From Patescibacteria group bacterium (GTDB taxonomy: Bacteria; Patescibacteriota; Minisyncoccia; Phycocordibacterales; UBA9973), in the NCBI GenBank assembly GCA_040384805.1, contig JAZKIP010000001.1:133864-197863 (forward strand): DNA of 64,000 bases, given 5' to 3'. The notes beneath the pieces are model-generated. The model searched no databases and was not told the DNA's origin. It worked only from the letters and a program-made list of their open reading frames with translations. Shown here piece after piece: positions 18,355-29,277 of the stretch. Position 1 is the first letter of the stretch, and the number at the start of each line of letters is the position of its first letter. The translations under genes were made by a program, and so were the position numbers.

Positions 18355-19650
18355 ACCGAAAAGAAAAAATCAAACAAAGAGCCGCTTGTGTCAGTCAAAG
18401 GAATGCGCGATATCATCGACGAAAAGTATTACCAGTATCAGGGATTCTTTGAGAAAGCCCAGGAGATAGCGGTCTATTACGGTTTCAAGCCGATCGAAAC
18501 GCCGATCCTTGAGCATGAAAATACATTTACCACCGCGATCGGTATCGGAACCGATGCGATCGACAAGGAAATGTACACCCTCAAAACAAAAGGCGGCGAC
18601 CATCTTGCCATGCGTCCTGAAAATACGGCAGGAATCATGCGCGCATACATCGAGCACGGAATGCAATCTCTTCCGCAGCCAGTCATGCTCTATTCGTACG
18701 GTCCCTTTTTCCGGCATGATAAGCCGCAGCGCGGAAGATACCGCCAGCTCTATCAATTTGGCCTTGAATCTTTAGGAAGCGAAAAAAGCATTATCGATGC
18801 TCTCATCATCAAGACGACTCTTGCCATCCTCGAAGAAGCCGGGGCGTCAAATCTTTCAGTCAGCATCAATTCCATCGGCGACAAGGAATGCCGCAGCGCA
18901 TATCTTCGCGAACTGACCGCATACTACAAAAAGAATCTTGCCAATCTGCCTGTTGTCGATCGTGAGAGGCTGAAGATCAATCCCCTTCGCATTCTTGATT
19001 CGAAAGAAGAGAAAACGATTGCCATCAACGCAGGCGCTCCTGATTCGCTTTCCTACCTCTGCGCTTCATGCAAGAAGCATTTCAAAGAGGTCCTTGAATA
19101 TTTGGAACAGATGGAAGTCCCCTATGTCATGAACAAGAATCTCGTTCGCGGCCTTTCATACTACACGCGCACCGTCTTTGAAATCATCGAGGAGAATGCT
19201 GGTGAGGACGGCACGCCGCTCACGATCGCAGGCGGTGGGCGATATGATTATCTCGGCAAGCAGCTCGGTGCAAAAAAAGATATCCCGGCTATGGGTGTCG
19301 GCATCGGGGTTGACCGCGTCGTGGAATCAAGCTGGTACAAGAAGCTCTGTCCTCGAATCCTCAAGAAACCGAAGATTTATTTTATTCAGCTCGGATTCGA
19401 CGCAAAGTTAAAATCTCTCAATGTCATCGAGATCCTACGAAAAGGGAAAGTGCCGATCGCTCAATCAATATCAAAAGACAATCTGGGCGCTCAGCTTGCC
19501 GTTGCCGAGAAACTCGGCATGAGATACGCCATCATTTTTGGACAAAAGGAAGCTATGGAAAACTCGGTCATTTTCAGGGATATGAACAACAGGTCTCAGG
19601 AAACGGTAAAGCTTTCCAAGCTTTTGGAGTACATAAAAGAACTTAAGTAA
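18349..19650 (+). CDS. hisS: Histidine--tRNA ligase
   Basis: Class II aaRS motifs: MRPENTAGIMRAY, the YSYGPFFRHDKPQRGRYRQLYQFGLE motif 2 region, and motif 3 GGGRYD. Confidence 0.9.
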   Translation: MNTEKKKSNKEPLVSVKGMRDIIDEKYYQYQGFFEKAQEIAVYYGFKPIETPILEHENTFTTAIGIGTDAIDKEMYTLKTKGGDHLAMRPENTAGIMRAYIEHGMQSLPQPVMLYSYGPFFRHDKPQRGRYRQLYQFGLESLGSEKSIIDALIIKTTLAILEEAGASNLSVSINSIGDKECRSAYLRELTAYYKKNLANLPVVDRERLKINPLRILDSKEEKTIAINAGAPDSLSYLCASCKKHFKEVLEYLEQMEVPYVMNKNLVRGLSYYTRTVFEIIEENAGEDGTPLTIAGGGRYDYLGKQLGAKKDIPAMGVGIGVDRVVESSWYKKLCPRILKKPKIYFIQLGFDAKLKSLNVIEILRKGKVPIAQSISKDNLGAQLAVAEKLGMRYAIIFGQKEAMENSVIFRDMNNRSQETVKLSKLLEYIKELK

Positions 19651-19651
19651 T

Positions 19652-20185
19652 ATGATAGAGATTCTTCAAAATGGAGACCCTGTCTTGCGAAAAATTGCAC
19701 AAGAAGTTCCCTTAGAAAGCATTGTCACGCCCAAAATCAGGAAAATCCTCAAGGACATGTCGGAAGCCCTTCATTCGCAAGATGACGGCGTCGCCATCGC
19801 TGCGCCGCAGATCGGCGTATCACTCCGGATATTCATTATCGCAGGCAAAGTCTTCAGTGAGGATTTTGTCCGCGGCAAGGGAAAACAGGACATATCGGTT
19901 GAAAAAGATCTCATATTCATTAATCCTGTCTTTCAGAAAATATCGAAGGATCGGAAACTTTTGTCGGAAGGATGCCTCTCCGTCCGGCCGCTCTATGGCA
20001 AAGTCCGCCGCGCCACCAAGGCGACTATGGAAGCCTATGACGAAAATGGCAAGAAATTCACGAAAAGCGGGAGCGGCCTTCTTGCACATATATTTCAGCA
20101 TGAGACCGATCATCTCGATGGTATTCTTTTCATCGACAAGGCGAAGGATCTTCACGAATCGACACCCGAGGAGGAATATAAATAA
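19652..20185 (+). CDS. def: Peptide deformylase
   Basis: Three signature motifs: GVAIAAPQIG, EGCLSV, and QHETDHLDG. Confidence 0.9.
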   Translation: MIEILQNGDPVLRKIAQEVPLESIVTPKIRKILKDMSEALHSQDDGVAIAAPQIGVSLRIFIIAGKVFSEDFVRGKGKQDISVEKDLIFINPVFQKISKDRKLLSEGCLSVRPLYGKVRRATKATMEAYDENGKKFTKSGSGLLAHIFQHETDHLDGILFIDKAKDLHESTPEEEYK

Positions 20186-20216
20186 AAGCTTATTTCATAC
20201 TGAAAAGCGAAGCACT

Positions 20217-21077
20217 ATGCAAAATCCACATTTAAAATTCGCATTCTTCGGGACGCCGGATGTCGCATCCCGAACGCTTGATATCCTCGAACAGAACGGA
20301 TATAGTCCGACTGTTATCATTACCTCTGTCGACAGGCGATCGGGCCGCGGCATGCATATGACGGAAAGTCCTGTAAGCATGTGGGCAAAGACGCATGGTA
20401 TCCCCTGCCTCAAACCGGAAAAGATAACAAAAGACTTCATAGAGGAATTAAAAGGATACGATGTTGATCTATCAATAGTCGTAGCCTATGGAGTACTGCT
20501 TCCTCAAGATTTGATCGATCTGCCCCGCTATGGAACAATCAATATACACTATTCTTTATTGCCGCTTTACCGTGGTGCATCTCCTGTCGAAGAAGCGCTT
20601 CTTAATGGGGACACAGAAACAGGAGTGAGCATTCAAGAGATGCGATTGAAGCTCGACTCAGGTCCCATTGTGGCCGACGAAAAAGTAAAAATAGAGATCG
20701 ATGATCGAAAGGAATCTCTTCGAGAAAAGCTCATTTCACTAGGAGGAAATTTACTTTCCCGCATACTTCCTTCCGTCATAGAAGGAAAAACTGTTTTGCA
20801 ACCTCAGGATGAATCAAAAGCGACATATTGTACAAAAATAAAAAAGGAGGACGGCGAAATAGATCCGGACGGCAACGCATGGCAGAATTATAACAAATAC
20901 CGAGCGTACGAAGGCTGGCCGGGGGTGTATTTTTTCCTCATGCGACATAATAAAAAGATCCGGATAAAAGTGACGGGAGCTCGCTATTCCGACGACTCAT
21001 TTATCATTGAAAAGGTCATTCCTGAGGGCAGGCATGAGATGGCATATACTGATCTTCTTCGAGGAAGATCCTTATAA
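20217..21077 (+). CDS. fmt: Methionyl-tRNA formyltransferase
   Basis: MQNPHLKFAFFGTPDVA... and NIHYSLLPLYRGASPVEEALLNGDTETGVSI (formyltransferase SLLP motif). The start at 20217 is in frame with the long artefactual ORF 19722. Confidence 0.85.
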   Translation: MQNPHLKFAFFGTPDVASRTLDILEQNGYSPTVIITSVDRRSGRGMHMTESPVSMWAKTHGIPCLKPEKITKDFIEELKGYDVDLSIVVAYGVLLPQDLIDLPRYGTINIHYSLLPLYRGASPVEEALLNGDTETGVSIQEMRLKLDSGPIVADEKVKIEIDDRKESLREKLISLGGNLLSRILPSVIEGKTVLQPQDESKATYCTKIKKEDGEIDPDGNAWQNYNKYRAYEGWPGVYFFLMRHNKKIRIKVTGARYSDDSFIIEKVIPEGRHEMAYTDLLRGRSL

Positions 21078-21219
21078 AAGCTTTATGTTAGCTATTGACA
21101 ACTGAAACCTAAATGGTAGTCTTTAGGTGATAATAGTTTTTCGTAAAGTCTGGATTAAGATTTGCATACTTACCAATATGCAAGCGAAAAGCCGTGGGTG
21201 TCTACCCAGGGCTTTTTAT

Positions 21220-21606
21220 TTACTCATTTTTTGATGTAAAGGGATTGCGCTTGGAAATGCCTTTCATCATTTTCTTGACGCTTACCGCTCCTCGCTTAAA
21301 AAGCGTTTTCTTGCGGTCCTTTCTGCTTGTAACCAAGCGAACAATTTCCTCCTTTGCAGCATCGATAGCGCCATACAGATCGTCTGTTTCCGATATTGCA
21401 AAAAACTGCTCTCCGTTGAGGCTCAGGTCGAATTCTGCCTTGAAAACATCTCCCTGCTTATGGTGGTTTGTCGTCTTGCCTATTTCCACCTGACCGGTAA
21501 GTTCTCCTTTCTTGATGAATTTCCCGATCGAAGATAAGCGGTTATTGATATGATCGCTGATATGATCGGTTAACTCTATATTCGTCGCTTTGATATTAAT
21601 GTTCAT
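21220..21606 (-). CDS. hpf: Ribosome hibernation promoting factor (HPF/RaiA family)
   Basis: MNINIKATNIELTDHISDHINNRL matches the N-terminal signature of YfiA/HPF proteins. ~128 aa. Confidence 0.8.
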   Translation of the reverse strand: MNINIKATNIELTDHISDHINNRLSSIGKFIKKGELTGQVEIGKTTNHHKQGDVFKAEFDLSLNGEQFFAISETDDLYGAIDAAKEEIVRLVTSRKDRKKTLFKRGAVSVKKMMKGISKRNPFTSKNE

Positions 21607-21690
21607 ATATAAAAATAGATGTATTAAAAATAATTTTTTCCCTCTAAAAGTACTGATATATTCAGTATATCAAATATTCATTATTAATGA

Positions 21691-21722
21691 AAAAATCCTT
21701 CCGCTTGCATGGAAGGATTTTT
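21691..21722. terminator. Bidirectional terminator
   Basis: AAAAATCCTTCCGCTTGCATGGAAGGATTTTT. Confidence 0.55.
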
Positions 21723-21740
21723 AATGGCTCACATTGATCA

Positions 21741-22376
21741 TTAAAGATCAAAATTAACTTTGGCCGTAAGAATGACAGCTGGCGCCAAGGTCGGCAAGAT
21801 TTTAAATCCCTCCTTGTGAGTATTCCTGACAGGAAGACAAATCCCGACACTGCATGCTTTCTTATTCTCTCGTGCTAAAAAGTAATGCTCGTAACTCGGA
21901 CCAATTCCCCATTCTTTTGTCCAGAGCAGACCAAAAGCATTTTTTTCCGAGAATTCGCAGTGTATGCTCAGCCGATACCATTTATCGAACAGTTCTCCCT
22001 GCAATCGGGTGGAAAATTTTCCCGTTTTCAGAAAAACATTTCCACCAAGCCGATAATAGGCAGTATCCCGGCCTGTTTCCGATTTACCTATTTCGAATCC
22101 TGTTAGAATGCCGCATCTCATTATCCGTGTATGGTATCCCAATCCGCCCATGAATTGGTATTGGTTGTCACAAACTACCGTTTGATAGACAAGCATGATC
22201 TTTCCGCTGTCGCTTAATTGGATTTCCCCTGAAAGGATAGCCTCCCACGAGTTCTCTCCATTGCGCGCGAACGAAACTTCCCATTCGTTTCGAACTTTAG
22301 TTGTATCATCTTGAGCCTGAAGATCAAAAAGTGAGATCAATAATACAAAGCCGCCAAGTGCTATTCCTTTTTTCAT
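21741..22376 (-). CDS. Hypothetical secreted protein
   Basis: Signal peptide MKKGIALGGFVLLISLFDLQAQ, followed by Gly/Tyr/Trp-rich beta-type sequence ending ...VNFDL. Confidence 0.45.
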   Translation of the reverse strand: MKKGIALGGFVLLISLFDLQAQDDTTKVRNEWEVSFARNGENSWEAILSGEIQLSDSGKIMLVYQTVVCDNQYQFMGGLGYHTRIMRCGILTGFEIGKSETGRDTAYYRLGGNVFLKTGKFSTRLQGELFDKWYRLSIHCEFSEKNAFGLLWTKEWGIGPSYEHYFLARENKKACSVGICLPVRNTHKEGFKILPTLAPAVILTAKVNFDL

Positions 22377-22512
22377 GTACAGTTATTTTTTAGTTATAGA
22401 TTGATTATCACTATACCCCATGGCGGTACACTGACAATCAATCTAAAATATACCTAAACTTTTTTTAAATATTAGCATGTATATATTCAAAAGTCAATAG
22501 AATATAAGGGTT

Positions 22513-24039
22513 TTATTCCAATTCCGTGGTTGCTGGCGGCTTGGGAGTCTCATCGAAAAATATGCGGTTAAATCCATGCTTGGTAACTTCTGAAATTATC
22601 TTTCGGCGCACCTCAGAGGGTATCTCAACGCCTTTGACTGTCATAAAATCAGTCGAGGAAATTGCCCGCACAACGATCGGATATTCATATGAACGGCTGT
22701 CGCCCTGAACGCCGACAGTTTTTGCACCAAGGAGAGCAACGACAACCTGCGATATGTCCTTGTAAAAATCCTCTTTTTTCAAAATTTCGGTAACGATATG
22801 ATCAGCCGTACGGACTTTTTCAATAAGTTCGGGAGTAACAGCGACGCCCACGATACGGATGAAAAGTCCGGGGCCGGGAAAAGGTTTACGTTCGCTCACC
22901 GCTTCTTCAAGACCGATCATTCGAGCAATTTCCCGCACTTCGTGCTTAAAAAGACCTGCAAACGGGGCAAGCTCCTCGACATCAAAGCCGAGACCGACAT
23001 TGTGATGGGATTTGATCATCGATGCTCCTCCGAGAGATCCTGACTCGATGAGATCGGTTGCAAGAGTTCCCTGCAAGATGTGCGTGATGTTATTTTCTTT
23101 TATAACAGTATTGAAAATAGGTTTATAAACATCTTTAAATCTTTTGCGCTTTTCTTCAGCATCCGTTATTCCGGAGAGGACACTAAAAAAATCTTTCTTT
23201 GCATCAATAATATGAAGATCGATTCCCGCAGTGCGGCACATGGCTCTCACATCCTCGACTTCATTGTGTCTCATGCCGCCTGTATCGATGAAGAAAGGGT
23301 AGAGCTTATCGTGAAGGACGGGCGACAAAAGCGCGGCTAGGGTCGTTGAATCGACTCCGCCGGAGACACCGATCGCTGCTTTGCCATTCCCTACTTTCTT
23401 GAGCACCGCATCTTGTATTTCCTTGATGCGATCAAGAGGCTCCCAGTTCTTATGGCATCCGCATATATCGTCGGCAAAATTCTTTAAAATGAGATTATTG
23501 TCTTCTGTTTCAAGCACTTCCGGATGGAATTGAACGCCATAAAGATGCTTGGTCCCATTTTCAATTCCTTCAATGACATCATTCGAGCGCGCGATAATAC
23601 GAAAACCTTCGGGCGCATCGCAAACGACATCCCCATGGCTTGCCCATACTTTCAGTTTCTTTCCTAACCCTTTAAAAAGAGCACTTTCTTCGAGCATGAT
23701 TTCAAGCGGACCGTATTCCTTGCCTGATTTGGCGCTTCCAACAACTAAAGTCTTATCTTCACGATATGCCATATACTGCATGCCAAAGCAGATGCCTAAT
23801 ATTGGACATGAGAGCGAAAATATTTCCGAAGGAATAAGAGGTGCATTTTCATCGTAGACGCTTGCCGCGCCGCCCGAGAGAATGATCCCCCGCGGTTTTG
23901 TATTTGAGAGATAAGAGACAACCTGATCCGGACGAAGAATCACAGACGTAAATCCGAGACTCAAAAGCTCCCGGCCGATCACATGAGTATACTGAGAACC
24001 GAGATCAATGATTACTAATTGCGGCTTTATATCGGTCAT
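22513..24039 (-). CDS. guaA: GMP synthase (glutamine-hydrolysing)
   Basis: N-terminal class I GATase domain (LVIIDLGSQYTHVIGRELLSLG; catalytic ICFGMQ) and a C-terminal ATP-PPase domain (GVSGGVDSTT). Confidence 0.95.
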   Translation of the reverse strand: MTDIKPQLVIIDLGSQYTHVIGRELLSLGFTSVILRPDQVVSYLSNTKPRGIILSGGAASVYDENAPLIPSEIFSLSCPILGICFGMQYMAYREDKTLVVGSAKSGKEYGPLEIMLEESALFKGLGKKLKVWASHGDVVCDAPEGFRIIARSNDVIEGIENGTKHLYGVQFHPEVLETEDNNLILKNFADDICGCHKNWEPLDRIKEIQDAVLKKVGNGKAAIGVSGGVDSTTLAALLSPVLHDKLYPFFIDTGGMRHNEVEDVRAMCRTAGIDLHIIDAKKDFFSVLSGITDAEEKRKRFKDVYKPIFNTVIKENNITHILQGTLATDLIESGSLGGASMIKSHHNVGLGFDVEELAPFAGLFKHEVREIARMIGLEEAVSERKPFPGPGLFIRIVGVAVTPELIEKVRTADHIVTEILKKEDFYKDISQVVVALLGAKTVGVQGDSRSYEYPIVVRAISSTDFMTVKGVEIPSEVRRKIISEVTKHGFNRIFFDETPKPPATTELE

Positions 24040-24040
24040 A

Positions 24041-25432
24041 TTATTTCTTGACCTCGATCATCTCATCGCGGCCGGGGCCGGTTGATATGAATGAAATCGG
24101 AACTCCGACGGAGGTTTCGATAAATGAGAGATACTCTTTCGCTTTCTCTGGTAACTGCTCGTACGAAGTTACTCCTCGGGTATTTAATTTCCATCCGGGC
24201 AGTGTTTTGTAAATTGGCTTTGCAGTATACAGTCTTGCCATATCAACATACTCTCTGCCTCCATATCCTACACAGACAAGTATTTCATCAAGAGTATCAA
24301 GCACATCGAGCTTCGTAATGCCGAGGCTTGTGACGCCATTGAGGCTTATTGCGTATTTAAGAAGTGGCAGATCAAGCCATCCGCACCTCCTCAAGCGGCC
24401 CGTCGTTGCGCCGTACTCCTTGCCGAGAGTACGAAGAGCAATACCCTGACGCAATGGATCAGTATCATTGATATCGTATCCGAGATTTTCCTCATCCTTC
24501 CGGGTATGCGTTGCCGACCATAGAGAGGCCTCTTCTCCGCCGATCTCCGTCGGGAAAGGTCCTGATCCGACTCGAGTCGCATATGCTTTGCAAATACCGA
24601 GAACCTCGCCGATAGAATGCGGAGCAATACCGAGACCGACACACACACCGCCCGATGTCGTATGAGACGATGTGACATCGCGGCGCGTACCGAACCGCAC
24701 ATCAAGAAGAGTTCCTTGCGCTCCTTCGGCAATTATTTGCTTGCCGTTTGCGATTGATTCCTGCATAAAGGCATGAGACGACACAGTACGAAGAGTTCGT
24801 AGGAACGCAATTCCAGCAAAGAATTTCTCCTCTTCGAGCGCTAATTCATTTTCATATATGGAAATACCGTATCGTCCCGAAAGAGTTTTCATATGAGAAG
24901 CCTTGATCTCTTCGTATCGCTTTTTAAAAACGTCTTCGTCGAGTGCCTCATACACTGACAAGTCGTCAGTGCGTCCATAAAAGTCGCTGTATGTCGGACC
25001 GATCGCCTTCCCTGTGGTCCCGATTTTTGAGGCTCCACGATCAGCTTCCTGAGCGGCGTCGAGGATCTTGGCGGTCGGAACGACCACAGTCGCCTCCGAT
25101 GCTATAAAAAGATTTTCTCTCCACCACGGAGCAATGTCCTTGATTTCAGCAATTTCTTTTTGCAATGAGACAACATCGACGACGACTCCTGCGCCTATAA
25201 AGTTAAGAGTATTCTTTTCAAGCATTCCTGACGGAAGCGCATGGAATACGACATGCCGGTCGCCGAATTGGATCGAGTGGCCCGCATTTGATCCTCCCTG
25301 GAATCGCGCAACAACAAGAGATTCTTTCTTGCTTAAGAATAAGACAAGGAAGTCGATAAACTTTCCCTTGCCTTCGTCGCCCCACTGGAGCCCAAGAATA
25401 ACCTCCACTTTTTTCTTTTGCTTATCGTTCAT
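24041..25432 (-). CDS. purA: Adenylosuccinate synthetase
   Basis: ILGLQWGDEGKGKFIDFL P-loop, GTTGKAIGPTY, and the downstream GTTGRLRRCGWLD region. Confidence 0.95.
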   Translation of the reverse strand: MNDKQKKKVEVILGLQWGDEGKGKFIDFLVLFLSKKESLVVARFQGGSNAGHSIQFGDRHVVFHALPSGMLEKNTLNFIGAGVVVDVVSLQKEIAEIKDIAPWWRENLFIASEATVVVPTAKILDAAQEADRGASKIGTTGKAIGPTYSDFYGRTDDLSVYEALDEDVFKKRYEEIKASHMKTLSGRYGISIYENELALEEEKFFAGIAFLRTLRTVSSHAFMQESIANGKQIIAEGAQGTLLDVRFGTRRDVTSSHTTSGGVCVGLGIAPHSIGEVLGICKAYATRVGSGPFPTEIGGEEASLWSATHTRKDEENLGYDINDTDPLRQGIALRTLGKEYGATTGRLRRCGWLDLPLLKYAISLNGVTSLGITKLDVLDTLDEILVCVGYGGREYVDMARLYTAKPIYKTLPGWKLNTRGVTSYEQLPEKAKEYLSFIETSVGVPISFISTGPGRDEMIEVKK

Positions 25433-25441
25433 GAGAGTGTA

Positions 25442-26920
25442 TCATTTGGAATAATTCGGAGCTTCTTTGGTAATAGTGATATTGTGTGGGTGGCTTTCTG
25501 CAATGCCGCTTGATGTGATCTTCGTGAAAGAAGCATCCCACATATCTCGGATCGTTTTGGCTCCAATATACCCCATACCAGAGCGCAAGCCTCCCACATA
25601 TTGATACGCGATCTCGGCAACGGTTCCTTTAAAAGGAACTATCCCGACAATCCCTTCAGGAACGAGCTTGGAGGCTTCTCGCTCTCCATCCTGAAAATAC
25701 CTGTCTTTCGATCCGTCTTTCATCGCTTCAACCGATCCCATACCGCGATAGCTTTTATATTTGCGCCCCTCGAGAAGCACTACTTCTCCGGGAGACTCTT
25801 CTGTTCCCGCGAAAAGCGATCCCATCATAACGATGGACGCGCCTGCTACAAGCGCTTTGACCATATCGCCGCTATAGCGGATGCCGCCGTCGGCGATGAC
25901 GGGAATATCATATCGGGCTTTTACGAGAGCGTCATGGGCTTGCATGATCGCATGGACTTGCGGTACGCCGATGCCTGCGATAACGCGGGTGGTGCAGATC
26001 GATCCCGGACCGACACCGACTTTGATCGCATCAGCGCCAGCTTTTGCAAGTGCTACTGCTGCCTCACCGGTCGCGATATTGCCGACAATAAGCTGTGCAC
26101 CCGGATGCGCTTTCTTTATTTTTTTCGTCGCATTGATGATCCCCTTGGAGTGTCCATGCGCGCTATCGAGAACAAGAACGTCTGCTCCGGCTTCAAGTAG
26201 CGCCTTGGCGCGATCAAGAACATCGGCGCCTGCACCAAGCGCAGCGCCGACCCGCAAGCGTCCCCTGTCATCCTTGCATGCATGAGGATTTGCCTCCTCT
26301 TTTTGTATGTCTTTGTATGTAATCAATCCGACGAGGATTCCTTTTTTATCGACGATGGGAAGCTTTTTAATCTTATTCTGAAGAAGAATCTTCTTGGCTT
26401 CAGAGAGGGTACATGATGTCGGCGCAGTGATAAGCGTGCGCGTCATGACGTTCGTTACTTTCTTCGAGAGATCCGTTTCGGAGCGCATATCGCGACTGGT
26501 GAGAATTCCAATGAGTGCACCCTTGAAGCCGATGATCGGCATCCCGCTTATACCCTTTTCTTTCATAAGCTCCGTTGCCTCTTGGAGGGTCGCGTTTTCG
26601 GACAGAGTATATGGATCCTGGATAATGCTGTTTTCGGAACGTTTGACCTGTTTGACTTGGCTTACCTGCTCTGCAAGAGACATATTCTTGTGAATGATAC
26701 CGATGCCACCCGCCTGAGCGATCGCGATCGCAAGACGCGATTCGGTGACCGTGTCCATTGCTGCAGAAACAATGGGGATATTGAGGAGAATTTTTTTGGT
26801 CAAGCGCGTTGTGACATTCACATCGCGCGGAAGAATTTCCGAATATCGCGGGACAACAAGGACGTCGTCGAACGTCAATGATTCCTGTATCGGGGCCCGT
26901 GGTGAGACCTTTTTTGCCAT
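25442..26920 (-). CDS. guaB: IMP dehydrogenase
   Basis: Tandem CBS pair plus the catalytic loop [11 protein letters not shown] and the GGIRYSGD motif. The gene order guaB-purA-guaA on the minus strand suggests an operon. Confidence 0.95.
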   Translation of the reverse strand: MAKKVSPRAPIQESLTFDDVLVVPRYSEILPRDVNVTTRLTKKILLNIPIVSAAMDTVTESRLAIAIAQAGGIGIIHKNMSLAEQVSQVKQVKRSENSIIQDPYTLSENATLQEATELMKEKGISGMPIIGFKGALIGILTSRDMRSETDLSKKVTNVMTRTLITAPTSCTLSEAKKILLQNKIKKLPIVDKKGILVGLITYKDIQKEEANPHACKDDRGRLRVGAALGAGADVLDRAKALLEAGADVLVLDSAHGHSKGIINATKKIKKAHPGAQLIVGNIATGEAAVALAKAGADAIKVGVGPGSICTTRVIAGIGVPQVHAIMQAHDALVKARYDIPVIADGGIRYSGDMVKALVAGASIVMMGSLFAGTEESPGEVVLLEGRKYKSYRGMGSVEAMKDGSKDRYFQDGEREASKLVPEGIVGIVPFKGTVAEIAYQYVGGLRSGMGYIGAKTIRDMWDASFTKITSSGIAESHPHNITITKEAPNYSK

Positions 26921-27036
26921 ACACGGAGTATATCATGACGATGTCGAGAAAAGAAAGTGTAGTATTGACTTATGGCTTTATAAGTTTTATTGTATGTAAA
27001 ACCATATCTCAAAACTAAAATCAAAGGAGGATAACC

Positions 27037-27459
27037 ATGAGTATCATAATTCTCAAAATCGCCTTATACATCGTCATAGCGGTGTTTATATGGCTGCAAG
27101 TTGCAACCATTCGCCTCGGACGGAAGTTCTCACAATCGAAGTATACACCCGACAGCACGAAAACGTATTATGCCCACAAGAAGGCTGGAAAAAGACTATT
27201 CTGGCTTATTCTTATAATCCTTTTTGGACTTGAGGCTTTTGTCAGATTAAAGGGTGGAGCTTCGGTCATCGACAGACTGCTGGTTATTCACATAGGACTA
27301 AGCTTTGTATATCTGGTACTTCTGGGATTGCTCAATTGGCCTCTCTCTGGTAAGGGAAATCAAAAAAGGAAAAAGAGGCACAAGATCGTGGCGTATATAT
27401 CTCTCATTTTCTTTTTAGGAATGATTGCTACGGCGATTCCTATTATATATAGATTGTGA
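27037..27459 (+). CDS. Hypothetical 4-TM membrane protein
   Basis: Four hydrophobic helices separated by Lys/Arg-rich loops. Confidence 0.5.
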   Translation: MSIIILKIALYIVIAVFIWLQVATIRLGRKFSQSKYTPDSTKTYYAHKKAGKRLFWLILIILFGLEAFVRLKGGASVIDRLLVIHIGLSFVYLVLLGLLNWPLSGKGNQKRKKRHKIVAYISLIFFLGMIATAIPIIYRL

Positions 27460-27480
27460 AATTTCTAATCAGGAGAAGTA

Positions 27481-27512
27481 GTGACCAGAGTGAAAGCTCT
27501 GGTCATTTTTAT
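27481..27512. terminator. Bidirectional terminator
   Basis: GTGACCAGAGTGAAAGCTCTGGTCATTTTTATT. Confidence 0.55.
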
Positions 27513-29251
27513 TCAATAAAACCGCCGCTTTGATGATTCCATAAATTAGCATAGACGCCGCCTTTTTCAATAAGCTCCTTGTGCGTTCCCATTTCGGCGA
27601 TAGCTCCCTCCTCAAGGACAATGATGCGGTCCATTTTCTGAATAGTGGAGAGACGGTGAGCGATGACGAGGGTGGTCTTCCCTTTCATGAGCTCGGTAAA
27701 CGCTTGTTGAATATATCCTTCGCTTATGCTGTCGAGCGAGCTTGTCGCTTCATCGAGAATCAGGATCGGGGCGTTCTTTATCATCGCCCGGGCAATAGCC
27801 ACCCTTTGGCGTTCGCCGCCCGAGAGCTTTACTCCCCGCTCGCCGACAAGAGTATCGTATCCGTGCGGCAATTTTGAAATAAATTCATGCGCATGGGCTT
27901 TCTGAGCAACAACTTCGATCTCTTCCGATGACGCCTCCTGCCTGCCATACGCAATGTTGTCCTTGATCGAACGATGAAAAAGTATCGACTCCTGAGGAAC
28001 ATAGGCAATTGCCGAACGCAGATCATTTTGAGCAATCGTCCGTATATCCTGTCCATCGATCGCGATAGTGCCGTCCGACACATCCGCAAACCGCAGGAGT
28101 AGTTTCGTAATCGTCGACTTGCCCGCACCCGAGTGTCCCACAAGGCCGATTCGTTCGCCGGCTGTAACTTCAAGATTCAAATTCTCAAACACTCTAATGC
28201 CCCCTGCATACTCAAACGAAACATTTTCAAATGAAATAGCTCCCTGTGTGATACGGACTGGCTCGGGATTCTCCGGATCTGCGATGTCGATCGTCTGGTC
28301 GAAAATATCGACAATCTCCTTCATATCGGTCAATGCCTTAACCGCCTTAGTTAAGGACTTGCCCAGATTCCATAGAATATCGAAAAGGTTGAAAAGATAG
28401 ATCTGAAGCAAAACGATGATTCCGAGCGTTATCTGTCCCTGATACCATAAATAAACGCTTACTACGAGAGTCCCGATCCGCAAGATGGCCATCAATAAAG
28501 CCTGTATAGAATTTTGCAGATTTCCGAAGTACCAGGCTTTTCGGCGCTTTTGTTCTTCATTTTCCGTTATTACTTCATATTTTTCTTTTTCATTTTTATC
28601 ACCCCCGAAGATCTTGATGTTAAGTACGTTGAGAATCGCATCGGCAAGGTGGCCCGTTACGCGTGAATCCGCTTCCGCTTCCTCGACGTCATATAATATT
28701 TTTCGTCGTATGAAAAGAAAGCTGATTCCTATATACACGACAGACCATATGACGAATATCTGTGCAAGCAATGGAGCTTTCAGGAAAAGAACGATGCTGA
28801 TTCCGATAATGGTCGTGACTGAGAAAAAGATCTGATACGTAACGACATCCGCAAGAGTTTCAAATGACTTGGTGAACCGCTTCGCCTTTGCTACGAGGCT
28901 ACCTGAAAAATTGTTTGAGAAAAAATGATATGAATGCTTCAAGAGACGCTCGAAGGTCGCATCGTTGAGTTCTTTCATCACCTTGCTCTGGACATATGAA
29001 TTCATATAGTCTCCCGTTCGATATCCGACGTTATACAGTAGGACGCCCCCGGCTACGAGAAGCACCAGATGGAGAGCATGGCTCAAGATGGCATCTGGAG
29101 CCGCACCCGATGATAAAACATCAATAATTTCCTTATAAAGATACGGATTAATAACGAGAAGATAACCTAAAAATATAACCGAAGAAGCAAGCCAGTACTT
29201 TTTCAAATGAGGTTTTATATAAAAGAAAATTCGAGAGAAATTCGTTTTCAC
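27509..29251 (-). CDS. ABC transporter, fused permease/ATPase (MsbA-like exporter)
   Basis: Six-TM N-terminal domain, then Walker A GHSGAGKST, the ABC signature LSGGERQRVAIARAM, and Walker B ILILDEATSSLD. Confidence 0.9.
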   Translation of the reverse strand: MKTNFSRIFFYIKPHLKKYWLASSVIFLGYLLVINPYLYKEIIDVLSSGAAPDAILSHALHLVLLVAGGVLLYNVGYRTGDYMNSYVQSKVMKELNDATFERLLKHSYHFFSNNFSGSLVAKAKRFTKSFETLADVVTYQIFFSVTTIIGISIVLFLKAPLLAQIFVIWSVVYIGISFLFIRRKILYDVEEAEADSRVTGHLADAILNVLNIKIFGGDKNEKEKYEVITENEEQKRRKAWYFGNLQNSIQALLMAILRIGTLVVSVYLWYQGQITLGIIVLLQIYLFNLFDILWNLGKSLTKAVKALTDMKEIVDIFDQTIDIADPENPEPVRITQGAISFENVSFEYAGGIRVFENLNLEVTAGERIGLVGHSGAGKSTITKLLLRFADVSDGTIAIDGQDIRTIAQNDLRSAIAYVPQESILFHRSIKDNIAYGRQEASSEEIEVVAQKAHAHEFISKLPHGYDTLVGERGVKLSGGERQRVAIARAMIKNAPILILDEATSSLDSISEGYIQQAFTELMKGKTTLVIAHRLSTIQKMDRIIVLEEGAIAEMGTHKELIEKGGVYANLWNHQSGGFIE

Positions 29252-29277
29252 TTTAAAAGTATAGCAAAAAATTATAA

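Noticed and set aside
19722-20216. Long N-terminal extension of the fmt ORF (451 aa from 19722), overlapping def in another frame
   Set aside because: The extension is Arg/Ser-rich with low complexity and overlaps the well-supported def gene. Formyltransferase homology starts at MQNPHLKFAFFGTP, at 20217.
22395-22443. 10-bp perfect inverted repeat TAGATTGATT…AATCAATCTA with a 29-nt spacer, between the secreted-protein gene and guaA
   Set aside because: It is a single occurrence in an AT-rich intergenic region. It is plausibly a promoter or operator feature, but nothing distinguishes it from chance in low-complexity sequence.
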